A stretch of 64,000 nt of DNA from Octopus bimaculoides (taxonomy: Eukaryota), in contig NC_069005.1 in NCBI RefSeq assembly GCF_001194135.2, positions 19,859,907-19,923,906 on the forward strand, in the 5' to 3' direction. Both the position numbers and the translations under genes were made by a program. Numbering within the stretch: position 1 is the stretch's first letter; every line of letters starts with the position of its first letter. The notes beneath the pieces are model-generated. The model searched no databases. It saw nothing but the letters and a program-made list of their open reading frames with translations, and was not told where the DNA came from. Shown piece after piece: positions 25,901 to 35,675 of this stretch.

Positions 25901-27964
25901 GAACAAACAGCAGAAACAACTTCACAGCAACTAACTGAAATTACCAGTCATGATACAATAACAGAAGTAACTTTACTGCAACAATCCAGTCAGGATGAAA
26001 CATCACAACAGCTGACCAATCAGGATGAGGTGACAGAAATGGCTACACAAAAACTAGCCAGTCACACCGTAACAGAAACAATTTCACAAGAACTGACCAA
26101 TCATGAGTTAACAACCTCAGAGCAATTGGCCAATCATAATGAAGTGGCAGAAACTGATTCACAGCAATTACAGCAGCTAACCAATCATGATGAAACAATG
26201 AAAACAGTTTCCTTAGACTCTGTGGCTGTTTTAAGAGATCAAGACATTTCTCAGACAGAGTCATCAAGCACTGTAGTTGAAGGGAAGAAGCAGAAAACTG
26301 TGACTTTTGGTCCAACTGAAACCGTTCAAAACATTGATAGTCGTTCTCTTCAAGAAGGCAATGAAGAAGCAACTGAGGGTGAATTATCTTCTAAGCTAGA
26401 CACATCCCACTGTTTCACAATATATTTCCATGAAAATTCTACAGATAGACCAAAGTCAAAACTTCCTTCATTGTCTGGCAGTCGAGGGCAAAACTCTTTG
26501 CAACCACTTGCAGAAGAATCTAAACAAATTCAAAACAGAATTGAAATTAATAACAAATTAAATTCACGTTTTCCTTCCAAGATTCCTCGTCCATTTGGTA
26601 AAACCAATGCTTCTTTGACACAGTCATCATCTTCCAGCTTTTCTGATTCTTACATAAAAAAATCAAATTTCCTCTCTGATTTACCAGATTCTTCAATTGA
26701 TGATTATTTCCCTCGTAGAGAGAAATCCAAAGTGAACAGTGCTGATGTGATTAAACTAGAAATGCCACCACCATCATCACATTTCACCATTTCAAATCAA
26801 ACGGAATCCAGTGTGGGCCCTCCACCTGTTCCACCACCTTTTAGGATGCTTTATGATGAGAGTGAGCCACCACCGATACCCTCGAGGGAAAATAGAAGTT
26901 TGGAAACTGAACCTGAAAATCTTCCAACCAATTCTATTGATACCACAGTGCCACATGGTGGCCAAGATGGTGTCACTTTGGTCAAAGAGGAACAGCAGCA
27001 AGATAACACTGCTAACAATAGTGGTAACTCAGACAACAGTGTTCAGTCTTCAAATAAATCTTCACTCTACCAGCAGAAACGATTTAGGGACTTAAAGCAT
27101 TTCTCAAGGATCAGTAATTTGACCTACAATGAGGTCTTAGAACTTGAAGAGCATGAGAAAGTAGAATATCTGAAAGATTCTAGCACTGAGCAGCGCATGC
27201 AGGATTTACGGGATTTCAGCCAATTGTGTTCAACAGAATCTGTTTTCTCCCGAAAATCTGGCAGTTCTGATTCAGGAATTCAGACCAATTTACGAGAGTC
27301 CAAGCATTCCGGCATGTTGAGCTCCTCATTGTCACTCCAGGCTTCGAGGACACCAGGTTCAGGTTATCGTAAAACCAAAAGGCTCTCGGACTCTGCTGTC
27401 TGTGTTGATGGAACTGAAGAATTTGATCCGTCAATGTCCACACCTATCCGTCAAACTAATGGAGAGACTGAAAGATCCAACACATTGCAGTCTGTGGGCA
27501 GACAAAGTCGAGAACCTATTGTTTATGGAAGGATCAACAAATCTAGAGAAATGGCTCGTAGCTGTTACAGCCTTGATTACCATTTCAGATATGGTTCAAA
27601 AGGAACTTCAGATTTGGCCACCACTGCAGACAGGTCTTCTTTTCATGGAGGCAGCCGAAATGATTCTGAAACTAACTTAACAGTTCAACGGTTACAGGAT
27701 GCTGGTATGTGCACATCAAATTTTACACCTGTCACAAAGAACCTTGATGACAATCAGTCATTTATGTCCACGGTGTCATTCCTTAAGTCTAATGAAGACT
27801 CAAATCTATCAGTGAATGATACCGAGACCGAATCTATTTATGAGGACGTTTCTCTCTACTCAAGTTCAGAATGTGACACGGCGTCAGTAAAACGTGAGAA
27901 AAAATCTAAAAAGTTGAGTTCAAAGTTAAAGAAATTTGGTAGCAAATTGAAGTTTTGGAAATAA
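16949..27964 (+). CDS. giant coding exon (at least 11.0 kb, 3671 aa sequenced): acidic Glu/Ser-rich, probably disordered scaffold; 5' end hidden in the gap 16154-16948; ends in a stop
   Basis: Stop-free for 11 kb in an AT-rich genome where other ORFs are under 350 aa. It has non-microsatellite, protein-like composition, begins PPPPPPLDLPPPP and ends KKFGSKLKFWK-stop (TAA 27962-27964). The true start is upstream of 16949. No folded domain was recognised. Confidence 0.93.
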   Translation, partial: PPPPPPLDLPPPPNLPRLSGPHPPTRSASLNVKTGQMSNNLNSSPFRQSGRARSSTKGSHTSSILRSGFLDTSDLEDCRTPEISELNFSVGQGTPVASESGSRSIQHHAPSVDSNRFALTSKPTSKIDEPIPVLLKCQTWCNKIPDAGDKKASVPEPKMSEELRNIESFESAMLDWFQTLTHANDTDDLKSETSVSSVGSRKSEYRLRSIISNRFQTSDQIENVLTDLLAVSDQYAQLTDSESIGSAALDPLKSRYRAFGHKPGSAYRSQMFRRTSGYRSGDMSETESDSERPAHPSSYKTVLSELQAVLRKRKVTLKTPSVESGLGSSENSMKATSETMSPPISRQSKASPPPAPPPKPQMAKVHEAKPDAVQTASKTQRRPLVNSGDFHVLLGELSTAWSKRLRRIRKAQMVSQRGVESSLYANFQGFRVPETLASETSSKYKNFEGVQTPAESIAEEDAEDLKNYESFEARKSKFMANSSSRQYESDQELSRPSFGRIRGPGMNNDMVRPSRVSVRKQAFQSPNEKQSRRKPDLETCSLHSFGVRPFPKMQNNVGTAVVSDNEFDDRNQSFRMHRSRHNPEQHRIWQNIEYIQVNSRQTPSRHGSEQSLSQLKTESQGRPRRRERTPQIVEQQSSQQPLQHSQSREDVSSSSLHHSRDISSKPKVDEKIPSREDSKEQPKHESSTVLTLSNSNQGPKVKAVSKKTDTKSEFHKRIEQISVDDFNRSADPEVRKFLVAGVTDVSKQLQSTISEATEKPAPPSMKLSSPVNQNIEPTKAPSTDHMNVGDEKEIILERLQKIGDNKFVSKEELPDLPMDIVKASAMIVKPLVTSNLNKLISGRKEEEKPKSLEKSEAVLNFSDTVVQEQTVLSEYEDNVILDGIEDRLVPEKKPDTSDGFDMDNSRILSEINVDQKLSLEEPNESESVISEAKVEITSTKTTAVTVLQSSVSEEHKASDAVLKSEGITEDQQATDGLVEDGEDHVTSSNISINLDHPLIGMEKQSINVKESDQETQHKSETILVLPDTKAPQQNEVGEPVTVDSLKSSTVVLSSVNTEHSLSSENLLIDSLTYENNKEQTENLEVTPEEASSTEVVPMSQDLPVLQDVPVIQDAKVSSAQIELGQSEENIEEIANVSVTLSLGENSDLKKPEESVLKPEESVLKPEESVLKPEESVLKPEQSLVKPEESLVIPEESLIKTEESLVKPEESLTKPEESLVKPEESLVKPEESLTKPEESLVKPEESLVKPEESLTKPEESLVKPEESLVKPEELLVKPEESLVKPEESLAKPGESLAKSEELLTKPEESLAKPDEKDEEKESLDVKQISCEQEDNQIEHDQLVEEKGLKKSEAEESKQETSDISEIMVTFDDLQKELRLMESSLEENSAKGPTIESMLQEALVKTYSVDVLSQLNQSDEDSLEPGIICGQWIKKGTTVKSESSVVKEEFKHETQVKDFGEELVNAGDLTGSVSEQLDSGEGELKTENLGFAEHEEFDNVQKIPSEYLFIENEIYDNVPSITDGSIPFVSAESKSSEALLKKEEEEHAENLAEQMIPSNIMSMETVTSSRTSFVLEETSIPAALKLEASISGPTDLETSAQATAELEPTYTLTPLEQDSCIVEPAPVVTRTEMEPPTEVSTGLESYIEPSADMESHIETSVDLESCREISVDFDSPTVELSEKQQAPIDASAELERLRMALAQMEPSSVIPPQQEPSSEAQSQLEALRMALAQMEPSSTTPPQLESPSAIPPQLEPSSEAQSQLEALRLALAQMEPVNATPPQPEPSNVTLPQLVPSAMAQSQLEKLSMALSQMESSPAALPRLEPSAVAQSQLEKLSVALSQMGSSTVASSQLEPTTVALSELESSIEAVPTELQLCAMQVTEVESSSIGTVGVFTLKEQQQIPEMEKSIPLTDEVVTEAALLVDTSNSELFEIPVEIHAEVSVADVQLVPDLELTEAQPFSATPLFKLPQESTDNDALSSSEVTVTNQAVLEERLTPCYPETLDVQNVAEQLVPEVETHQAEKFPLFTIETAQPSFELADFVAPSEILIGEAESETQEVSKVREEPEVSNLAAQKGAANDVSFETKVVTNESNYLERIDIISRDLHNLMPVSKVDVAEESNGNLSDSSDEIFQDTLCDNSPMFRRKYTEIVRAEIGTRMETLHTYQRDLLLEIEEDDDDDEEFVEAEGEAMCWDSFKESWNIQGTLETQTTVEKCVDDDDDRSLPTIYEATEDRTEAVVSKTVEVFEGLESAANQCVENLEKTSKELALAEADEISIYYGAEMTDSAECKEEHDVLDNAVLVEDDKELVEALPSCEELEDGSKTVQPSEMKRSEAITDFGETSEKETFTVKESEEFSGELSSETPLMKSDESFGNLVQYLESDSLNDLEEFERIELACEELSKNKLVDLQDKPNKDECVEKTEKPHKANGLEESSDLDIMKSQQIILTKELEVDESDESADLMVDTSDAVNRAKTKVSEQSSVSLLQNSEEIEVEDQIEYYDYMRLRSCEEEQVYVALHSEGGLSENGEIKNEGGKVEHRREVAQKISVVTSDQNVEITASTVADDALLADYGSEDVSENITRSVCIDNVDVVKDITMESYSKDSENGEVLKIDALNSTNLSINANEISITTTTEANSIEESIRAENGLSEKTGFVTSEENSTEMELLEISPKQETSLLGDNSSNLSGETVKDNQCDVVVDISVITSEVKGEQKVPCSVDLSGAETQTQETNENMVMELPEIDADLNVSSEHSSPESSSTFSISQTSSSNSCPFASDISLNRLQPADKEFQQDQLEDLKDSTSELSQIQENSEITAVVTTKKKRRRKAKKNKNNKDKPGTLPLEDQEVWENDDVIGQDEMTEEYSGECLLVEDSVEELSVQKVCSSQSSAEVHSTVATAGAEFTESLTLESDESVEHSRHSSVENSVTFSHSDIVKVISKNEEEITEENTSQEQHQANQDKATETTLQQVANQNDTTLQNLANHEQTAETTSQQLTEITSHDTITEVTLLQQSSQDETSQQLTNQDEVTEMATQKLASHTVTETISQELTNHELTTSEQLANHNEVAETDSQQLQQLTNHDETMKTVSLDSVAVLRDQDISQTESSSTVVEGKKQKTVTFGPTETVQNIDSRSLQEGNEEATEGELSSKLDTSHCFTIYFHENSTDRPKSKLPSLSGSRGQNSLQPLAEESKQIQNRIEINNKLNSRFPSKIPRPFGKTNASLTQSSSSSFSDSYIKKSNFLSDLPDSSIDDYFPRREKSKVNSADVIKLEMPPPSSHFTISNQTESSVGPPPVPPPFRMLYDESEPPPIPSRENRSLETEPENLPTNSIDTTVPHGGQDGVTLVKEEQQQDNTANNSGNSDNSVQSSNKSSLYQQKRFRDLKHFSRISNLTYNEVLELEEHEKVEYLKDSSTEQRMQDLRDFSQLCSTESVFSRKSGSSDSGIQTNLRESKHSGMLSSSLSLQASRTPGSGYRKTKRLSDSAVCVDGTEEFDPSMSTPIRQTNGETERSNTLQSVGRQSREPIVYGRINKSREMARSCYSLDYHFRYGSKGTSDLATTADRSSFHGGSRNDSETNLTVQRLQDAGMCTSNFTPVTKNLDDNQSFMSTVSFLKSNEDSNLSVNDTETESIYEDVSLYSSSECDTASVKREKKSKKLSSKLKKFGSKLKFWK
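20396..20890 (+). repeat. coding 21-bp tandem repeat, 23 units of KPEES(L/V)(V/T/L/A)
   Basis: AAACCAGAAGAGTCAGTGCTT is identical for the first 4 units, then diverged. (20879-20396)/21 = 23 units, all in frame. Confidence 0.95.
21730..22560 (+). repeat. coding 30-bp (10-aa) degenerate tandem repeat with higher-order 90/120-bp blocks
   Basis: Units such as QMEPSSVIPP, QQEPSSEAQS and QLEALRMALA. The L-E-x-L-x-x-A-L unit recurs at about 22019, 22109, 22229, 22349 and 22439. Confidence 0.9.
25800..26200 (+). repeat. coding degenerate Q/T/N/H-rich repeat (about 13-14 aa)
   Basis: Recurring QQL(A/T)N(H/Q)(D/E)...TETTS-like units in the giant ORF. Confidence 0.65.
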
Positions 27965-27986
27965 TTGATGAAGCAGGACGAACGAA

Positions 27987-28076
27987 AATAAATCTGAAGA
28001 ATGAAATTTTGAAGCACAAAACAAAGAATAAACAAAACAAACAAACAAAGAAAATATTGTACTAAATTATAATAAA
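27987..28076 (+). terminator. candidate polyadenylation signals after the giant exon
   Basis: AATAAA at 27987-27992, 28027-28032 and 28071-28076, just 3' of the stop. The context is AT-rich, so chance occurrence is possible. Confidence 0.4.
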
Positions 28077-28830
28077 AATAATAATTCTTTTAATGAATTA
28101 AAAGCACTGGTTTTCCATGGAGCTGAGTTCTAAACTGATAAGAAAAAAACAAAACAAAATGGAAGTGAGGTGAAAAAAGAGAAATTCTTGATTCATTGTA
28201 GCTTTTACATATACTTACCATTTTTAAACATGAATCATATGTGAAGGTTTCTTTTTTTTTGGTTTCTTGATGAAAATGTTGCTTTTGTGGCAGAAATATT
28301 TGGGCAATCTTCATAGTTGATTTTTGATAGATAATGTTTAATTTTAAAATTCACATTTCCAACTCCTGTTTAAAAGCAAAAGCAACAACAGCNNNNNNNN
28401 NNNNNNNNNNNNNNNNNNNNNNNNNNNNNNNNNNNNNNNNNNNNNNNNNNNNNNNNNNNNNNNNNNNNNNNNNNNNNNNNNNNNNNNNNNNNNNNNNNNN
28501 NNNNNNNNNNNNNNNNNNNNNNNNNNNNNNNNNNNNNNNNNNNNNNNNNNNNNNNNNNNNNNNNNNNNNNNNNNNNNNNNNNNNNNNNNNNNNNNNNNNN
28601 NNNNNNNNNNNNNNNNNNNNNTGCTATGACACACCCTTGTATAGGTCTGTTGTGCTGTGAATTTATTCCAAGTATTTCGGTTTAAAGCTAAATAAAGGGG
28701 CTGTTTGAATTGAAGCATGTGTAAATTTAATCTTTACACACAAACACACACATGAAAACAAAAAAGAAAAGGAAAATACCTTGGCACCTTTGATATGAAA
28801 TATACATACACGAATACATGTGTATGTGTG

Positions 28831-28877
<47 letters not shown>

Positions 28878-29172
28878 GTATACACACACACACACATGTG
28901 TATGTGTGTATATGTGTCAATAAGTATCTGTAGAATCAAGTCTGTTGGAAGCAAAAGATAAGAGGGATGATGACTGAGTTATCCCTTCACTGATGAACGG
29001 TTACTGCATGTAAGGGTGGATAGATTGCTAGCTGTGTGGGGTGGATGGGTGATTGTATAAAGATGATTACTGTTTGCATGTGTATGTGTATATGCTGGCT
29101 GTCTTGAGCAAATTCCTTCTTACTTAGTTGACAAGTTGATAGCGAGCACAGGCCCTAAAAATTACAGCGAAA

Positions 29173-29247
<75 letters not shown>

Positions 29248-29471
29248 CCAGTTTGTGTTCAGGAAATTGTTGGCTGAAAAGAAAACCCATTTCTGAATTA
29301 GGATCAATAATAACAACAATAGTAAAAGAAAAAAAAGTATATGAAATAAAAAGATTTAAGCCCCAAAGAAATTAAACCCCTCCCTCTCAAGATTTCTGGC
29401 TCGACTTTTAGATCTGTTATAAACTGTAGGTATCTTCTTTTACACCCCTGTCTTAGCCTCAGGTCATACTA

Positions 29472-29511
<40 letters not shown>

Positions 29512-29537
29512 ACCTACTCGTACTTTCTCTCTCTCTA

Positions 29538-29583
<46 letters not shown>

Positions 29584-29809
29584 GCTAGCTATCTTGCTAG
29601 GTAGCTATCTATATTTTGATTGATTCATCTTATCTATCTATCTTTCTGTCTGTTTATGTATGTTAACGGTAATGAAAGGAAAGAAAAAGAACTCAATACT
29701 GGAGATTGAGGATAAATAATTTAATTCAGTCAACTGGGAATTAAAGACTGGCTGAAACTCTTGAGTATCATCAAATGTTGGCATGTTTGAGACACATTTG
29801 AATCGTAGG

Positions 29810-30110
29810 TCGACCAGAATGGTCAGCTAGTTCATTATGGTGTGGTTGAGTCAGTTAGTCTGCTAAATGTTATGGCGAGGTCACCCAGTTAACTGGACAT
29901 TATGTTGTGTCTGGCTAGTTCGTTGAATATTACGAGGAGGTCACCTAGTTGACTGAACATTATAGAGAGGTCACCTAGTTCACTGAACATTATTGAGAGG
30001 TCAGCTGGTTCACTAAACAATTTAGTTGAGCTGGCTGTTCATTACTGAATATTACAATATGTCTGGCTGATTTGCAAGAATGTTTGGTCTGGTCAACCAG
30101 TTCCCTGAAC
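29810..30110. repeat. degenerate 29-30 bp minisatellite
   Basis: GAGGTCACCTAGTT(G/C)ACTGAACATTAT-like units, with GGTCA at about 29821, 29880, 29939, 29968 and 29998. Confidence 0.7.
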
Positions 30111-30578
30111 TCACTGGGCAATGTATGGCCAGTGGCTTCATTGAACACCTTAACAATGTCCATATATATATGCTGAATCCTGTACAGCTATTTTGAGACT
30201 GATCCTGAGTACTTTTGTGATGTGTTCACTAAATCTTGTGAGATGGGTTGTACAGCACTGCTCAATATTATGTTCTGTCCAACATGTTCACCAGATTTTG
30301 TGGACCATTCAATGGTGTTTACCATAAGAACAGAAGGAGAAGGACACACAGACACAACACCAATGAATATTAAAGAAGCAAGCCTTTACTGCATAATCTT
30401 ATCTTTTATATATATATATATTATATATATATATATATANNNNNNNNNNNNNNNNNNNNNNNNNNNNNNNNNNNNNNNNNNNNNNNNNNNNNNNATTTTA
30501 AAGTTATGTCCAAGGTAGAAGAGGGGGTTCATTAGGAAGGTTTGCCCATAACAGTAATATTATTATCAGCAGCAGCAC

Positions 30579-30626
<48 letters not shown>

Positions 30627-31577
30627 TAGTAGTGAAATACAATTTAAATTAAAAAAACGTCAAATTTTAGAAATGGTTAATCTTTATTATTCTCATCATG
30701 AGTCATTATCATGATCATTGTCAACATTATCATTATCATTATTGTCCACTGATTCACCACCACCACCACCATCACATCCCCCACTCATACTTACGAACCA
30801 ACTGACAAACAACTTGCTGTATATTTCTGCTGCAGTCTTACCTACCTTCCTTGGTTCTGGGGTTTCTTGGGTTTTTTTGGGGGTTTTTTTAAACCCAATT
30901 TATTAGTGGGATGGAGTTGTGAGATAGAAAGAGAGCAAAGGAGAAAGTTGTTTATTAGGCTTGACAGAAAGAAAGAAAGAAAGAGGGGTAATGGAGGATA
31001 TTACTTTGTCTCTCTCCTTATTCTAATTGAATCTATTTTAGATTTTAGTAATGAAACAGTGTGTGCAAGAAGTTCTGAGGATTTATGATTTGATCTGGAA
31101 CTTCTCCCCACATTGAAGGGGGCTTACTCTTGTAAAACACAGCACCCTATAGAATTCTTATTCTACTGTGTATGTGTGAGGGGGTCGGGTGTCTTGGTGG
31201 TCGGTGGGGGCAGCAGAGAAGAGTTGTTGTGTCTGAATTGATGCTAAAACGTTAGAAGTTGTTGTTGATTTCTATTTATACCCCATATGTCTATGGAAAT
31301 GGTTGTTAGATAGGTTGGCAGGAATTAGAGAGAGGGAAAGAAAGGAAAAAAAAAAGGAATACAAGTAAAATAAAATAAGCAAAACAGGAAAATCAAAAAC
31401 ACCCGACTGTGTTATTTCTTTTCTTTGCCAACCTCAAAACAACAACAATCTTGAGTGTGATGGTGGTGGTGGTGGAGACTTAGCAAAGGGAGGCTGGGCA
31501 GCTCCGAAAAATCGCATCCATTTATTTATCATTTCAACAATCATAATTTCATGTTTTGCAAACAGTGTGTGTGCATA

Positions 31578-31634
<57 letters not shown>

Positions 31635-33232
31635 TGTATATCATGGTTTTTAGTTTTAGTGAAGTACAGGGTATTTCGTTAAGTTCAAATAATGTAGTTC
31701 ATTGTGTGTATGTGTATAAGCTTACATACATGTATATATACATATATACATATATACACCTGTAATTATAACAATACCCAGATGGAGGTTGTTTTTCACA
31801 TAACTTTGTTTAGCCAGAAAATAACTGTAGAAATAGAGAAAGCCTCTCTCTCTCAAAATGTCTTTTTAGGTAACCAACTTTCAGAGCCATGGCACCAAGC
31901 CTAAATATATGTCTGTGTGTGTATGTGTGTGTACATGTATACTTGTGTTGGTGTGTAGGTATTAAATTTATAAACAAAAAAAAAAGCAAAATATAAATAC
32001 CAATTCTGGTCTGAAACAGTTCTCTGTAAGTAGTTACCAAATTGGTTCCAGAATAGTTTAAGGAATGAGGTGAAAGCCAACGAATCATAAAATATTGGAA
32101 GCACCTGACAGAACGTTTGAACATTTGCTGGATCCTGGCACAAGAATTCCACTATTTTATTGTTGGAAATCAGGCAAACTCCAAGAAAGCTGAAGAATTT
32201 CTTGAAATCTTAGAAGAGAAAAAGAGGTTTATTAGAAGGGAAATGGAAATTTTAAAAAAGTAAAGAGAGAAGCGTAAGATTTAATGAACTTTGTCTGATA
32301 TATACATACATGTATGTGTATATGTATGGTGAATGTGTGTGTGTGTATACACAAAAACACACTATCATTTATCACTGAAAATGTTAAATTTCACACCTTG
32401 CCATTTTCTTACTTCTGTAAACTTGATGTTTCTCTTCTATGGAAAACAAGATCTAAGAATTGCATCACTAATTGTGTGTGTCAGTGGTTCAGTGGTATAA
32501 CAATGTTATTATACTTAGTTTAGATTCGAACATTGCAAGTTCGAATCCAACTCAGCAAGGTGTATACATCTAATGCACGGAACATTAAAACTTCAGTCAG
32601 AAATCAAAACAATTGAAATAATTCCTTTAAAATTATAATATTAGTAACTACAACTCATCTCAGATATTTTTCATATCTGATAATAACCATGTTATAATAA
32701 TAGTTATTATTATTAGAAGTAGTATTATTATTATAATGATGTTTTCCTTATATTTTAGCATTTGTTTCATAAGTTACTAAAAACATTGTATGGGATTTGT
32801 TACTCTTAGCATAAAAGAAGGTATCATTGCTTCAAGACAGCCGTTGGTGGTCCAATATTTTGAGGTTTTGTTCAACTGTCCTCTCAGTGGGTCTGGGATT
32901 TTTAGAAGGAAAAAAAGAAGCAAAGAAGCGAAGCTTGATAAAAAATAAACATCTTATTTGTTTTTATCTTTTCATTTCGGTTTCTTTTCCAAAATGGGAT
33001 TTGATTTGAAAATTTCCAAATGTAACCATTTAAAGATAAAGTAGCAATAGAACACAAGCGGTGCTTTCTTGTAAAACCTTGATTTACTTTAGCGTGTGCA
33101 TTTATATATATATATATATATACATATGTATATGTATAATGTCTTGTCTCATCTTGGTTTCCCCGGGTATGCCTTTATGTAACAACAATGAAGGTGAGAT
33201 TATAAAATGTATGGTTCTGATTCAACTGAGAG

Positions 33233-33281
<49 letters not shown>

Positions 33282-34192
33282 GAAATAATGATAAGCTTAA
33301 TAAAGAAAAAATCTTCGGGGGGGAAAAGTCCTAAAGATATAAGAAGACAGATGAGCAACCAACAACACAACAAAAAATCTGGCTAAATGAAACATTTAAG
33401 AGAATGGTAGACATGAAAACCCGAAAACCAGAGAAATCAATGAACTAATCTCACAGTTGCCTACATCCTTCTTCAACCGTTGTACTCACAAATCTTTAAA
33501 CGATATTGATACTTTGTGAGATTGTTTTCTGGCCAACTCTCTCTTTATCCCTCTCGCAGTTTATTCGGCTTCCCTTTTTCAAGACAATAAACTTAATAAA
33601 AAAGAAAAAGAAGAGAAAGGGTGCAAAATGGTGTTTTTCTTAATGTATTTGAAACCAATTATTCTTCAATGTCATCTCAAACTTGCCCAGGAACTTGGAA
33701 GAAAACAAAACTAACAAACAAAAAGACAAAATTCTTAAAGACAAATTCAAAAGGGCTAACGTCTGCTGAAGTTTCTGGAAAGGTTAGAAAGAAACTCTAT
33801 GAACTGCATGATTCTTTGATGTGAATTTGGCATCTTTTATTTCAGTTTTCTGTTTGTCTTCATCTTCTATTTAAAGTCTCCCTACTTACCATTAATTGTT
33901 ATGTGTGCGTGCATGTGCATGCATATGTATAATATGAGTATATATGCATATACTTATATTATGTAATACATATATATGTAAATACATATATATATATATA
34001 TATTACGTAATATGTGTATATGTATGTAAATATGTATTATATATTTTATACCATATTTATATATATATAGTATATATTACACATGTAGTATGTAATATAT
34101 CATATGCGCACACACCTTCATGTGAACAGGATTAACATGCAAGTCTATTAAAGTCATGAAAAAATGCTTGGCAGAGTGGGGGAAATGTACAG

Positions 34193-34263
<71 letters not shown>

Positions 34264-34905
34264 ATATATATGTGTGTGTGTGTGTTTAGATAACTGACCA
34301 CTCTGTTGTTTGTTTACAGGAATCCATTAGTTACATGTAAACAATATCAAAGAGGAGAGTGTAGGGTCTTCACCTCATTCCTCTCTTCTCCAATGATCTA
34401 CAGTCAGAAATTTGGATGTGATGTTTGTGTGAAACCTTGATATGAGCTTTAATAATCTTGTTATTTGGACACATAGAAATACATACATGCATATGCAAAG
34501 AGTGACACACAGAGAAAATGATCATAATTTGTCTTTGCATATATCATTGTATTTGTGTGTATATGTGTGTATGCATGCGCACGTGCACACTCACATACAC
34601 ATATGTCATCATCAATGTTAATGTCCGTTTTCCATGTTGGCCTGAGTTGACTGTTTGACGGGCTGGTAAGCCCTCATCATCATCATCATCATCATCTAAC
34701 ATGCAATCTCCATGCTCACATGGGTTAAATATATATGTGTGCGTGTGTATATGAAAGAGAGAGAGAGTATATGTATGTTCACAGGCGTATACATGCTCAT
34801 GGATGAACGATAGCTATGTGTGAGTGTGTGTATATGTATGAAAGCAAATGTATACATGCTAAATGCCATTAACTTTATTTTGTTGTATTTGGCTGTATAT
34901 AAAGC

Positions 34906-34942
<37 letters not shown>

Positions 34943-35260
34943 TTGATGAACATTAGAAATAATACATTGATGCTTCTGTTACATGTTGCTATACTGGTTG
35001 TTTTGAGTAGTGCATGTCCTAATTGAAAAGGAAAGTTGATTTTGTACTTGTGGGAGGTGGGGCAGGGAAGGCAGTGATGGTGGGGAGGTCTATTAAAAAA
35101 TATCAATTTTTTCCCTTTTTTTTTGAATTTATTTGTATTTGATTTGCAAATTACGTTGTACACATTTATTTGTACTGTACATATGTATATTATTCACTTC
35201 CTTCTCTCTCCACTCTCTTTGTCTTTCTCTGTCTTTCTCTTTCTGTCTCTGTCTTTCCCT

Positions 35261-35298
<38 letters not shown>

Positions 35299-35675
35299 TA
35301 TTGTCCTTGTCTTTTTATTTCTCTCTTTCTCACACACAAACACATACTTTTGTTCATTCATTGGTTCATTTAATGTTCATTTCTTTTCATGGTAGCATGA
35401 ATTAGAAAGGGACTTATTTCAATCAGGATTTTACAATCAGATGTTCTTCCCCTTGGTAATCCTTACTTCCCTCCTCGAGTAAGGGATTTTGTTTTTATTT
35501 CAGAGGTTTTAGAAAAATTCAGCACAGTCAACCGTCAACATCATTGCCATTTCACTGAGGCACTGACAAGCATAGAATATCAACAACTGTGCACATACAC
35601 AGACAAGCACACTACATAATACATATACACACATATGCATATATATACGTGAGTGTATATATATGTGTGTATGTG

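Noticed and set aside
33670-33782. Short ORF MSSQTCPG...SGK with the donor AAG|GTTAGA
   Set aside because: It ends in phase 0, which is incompatible with the downstream phase-2 acceptors. It could only be non-coding.
34320-34440. Acceptor-like TTTGTTTACAG followed by a short open frame
   Set aside because: There is no strong donor, the peptide is unrecognisable and the frame hits a stop.
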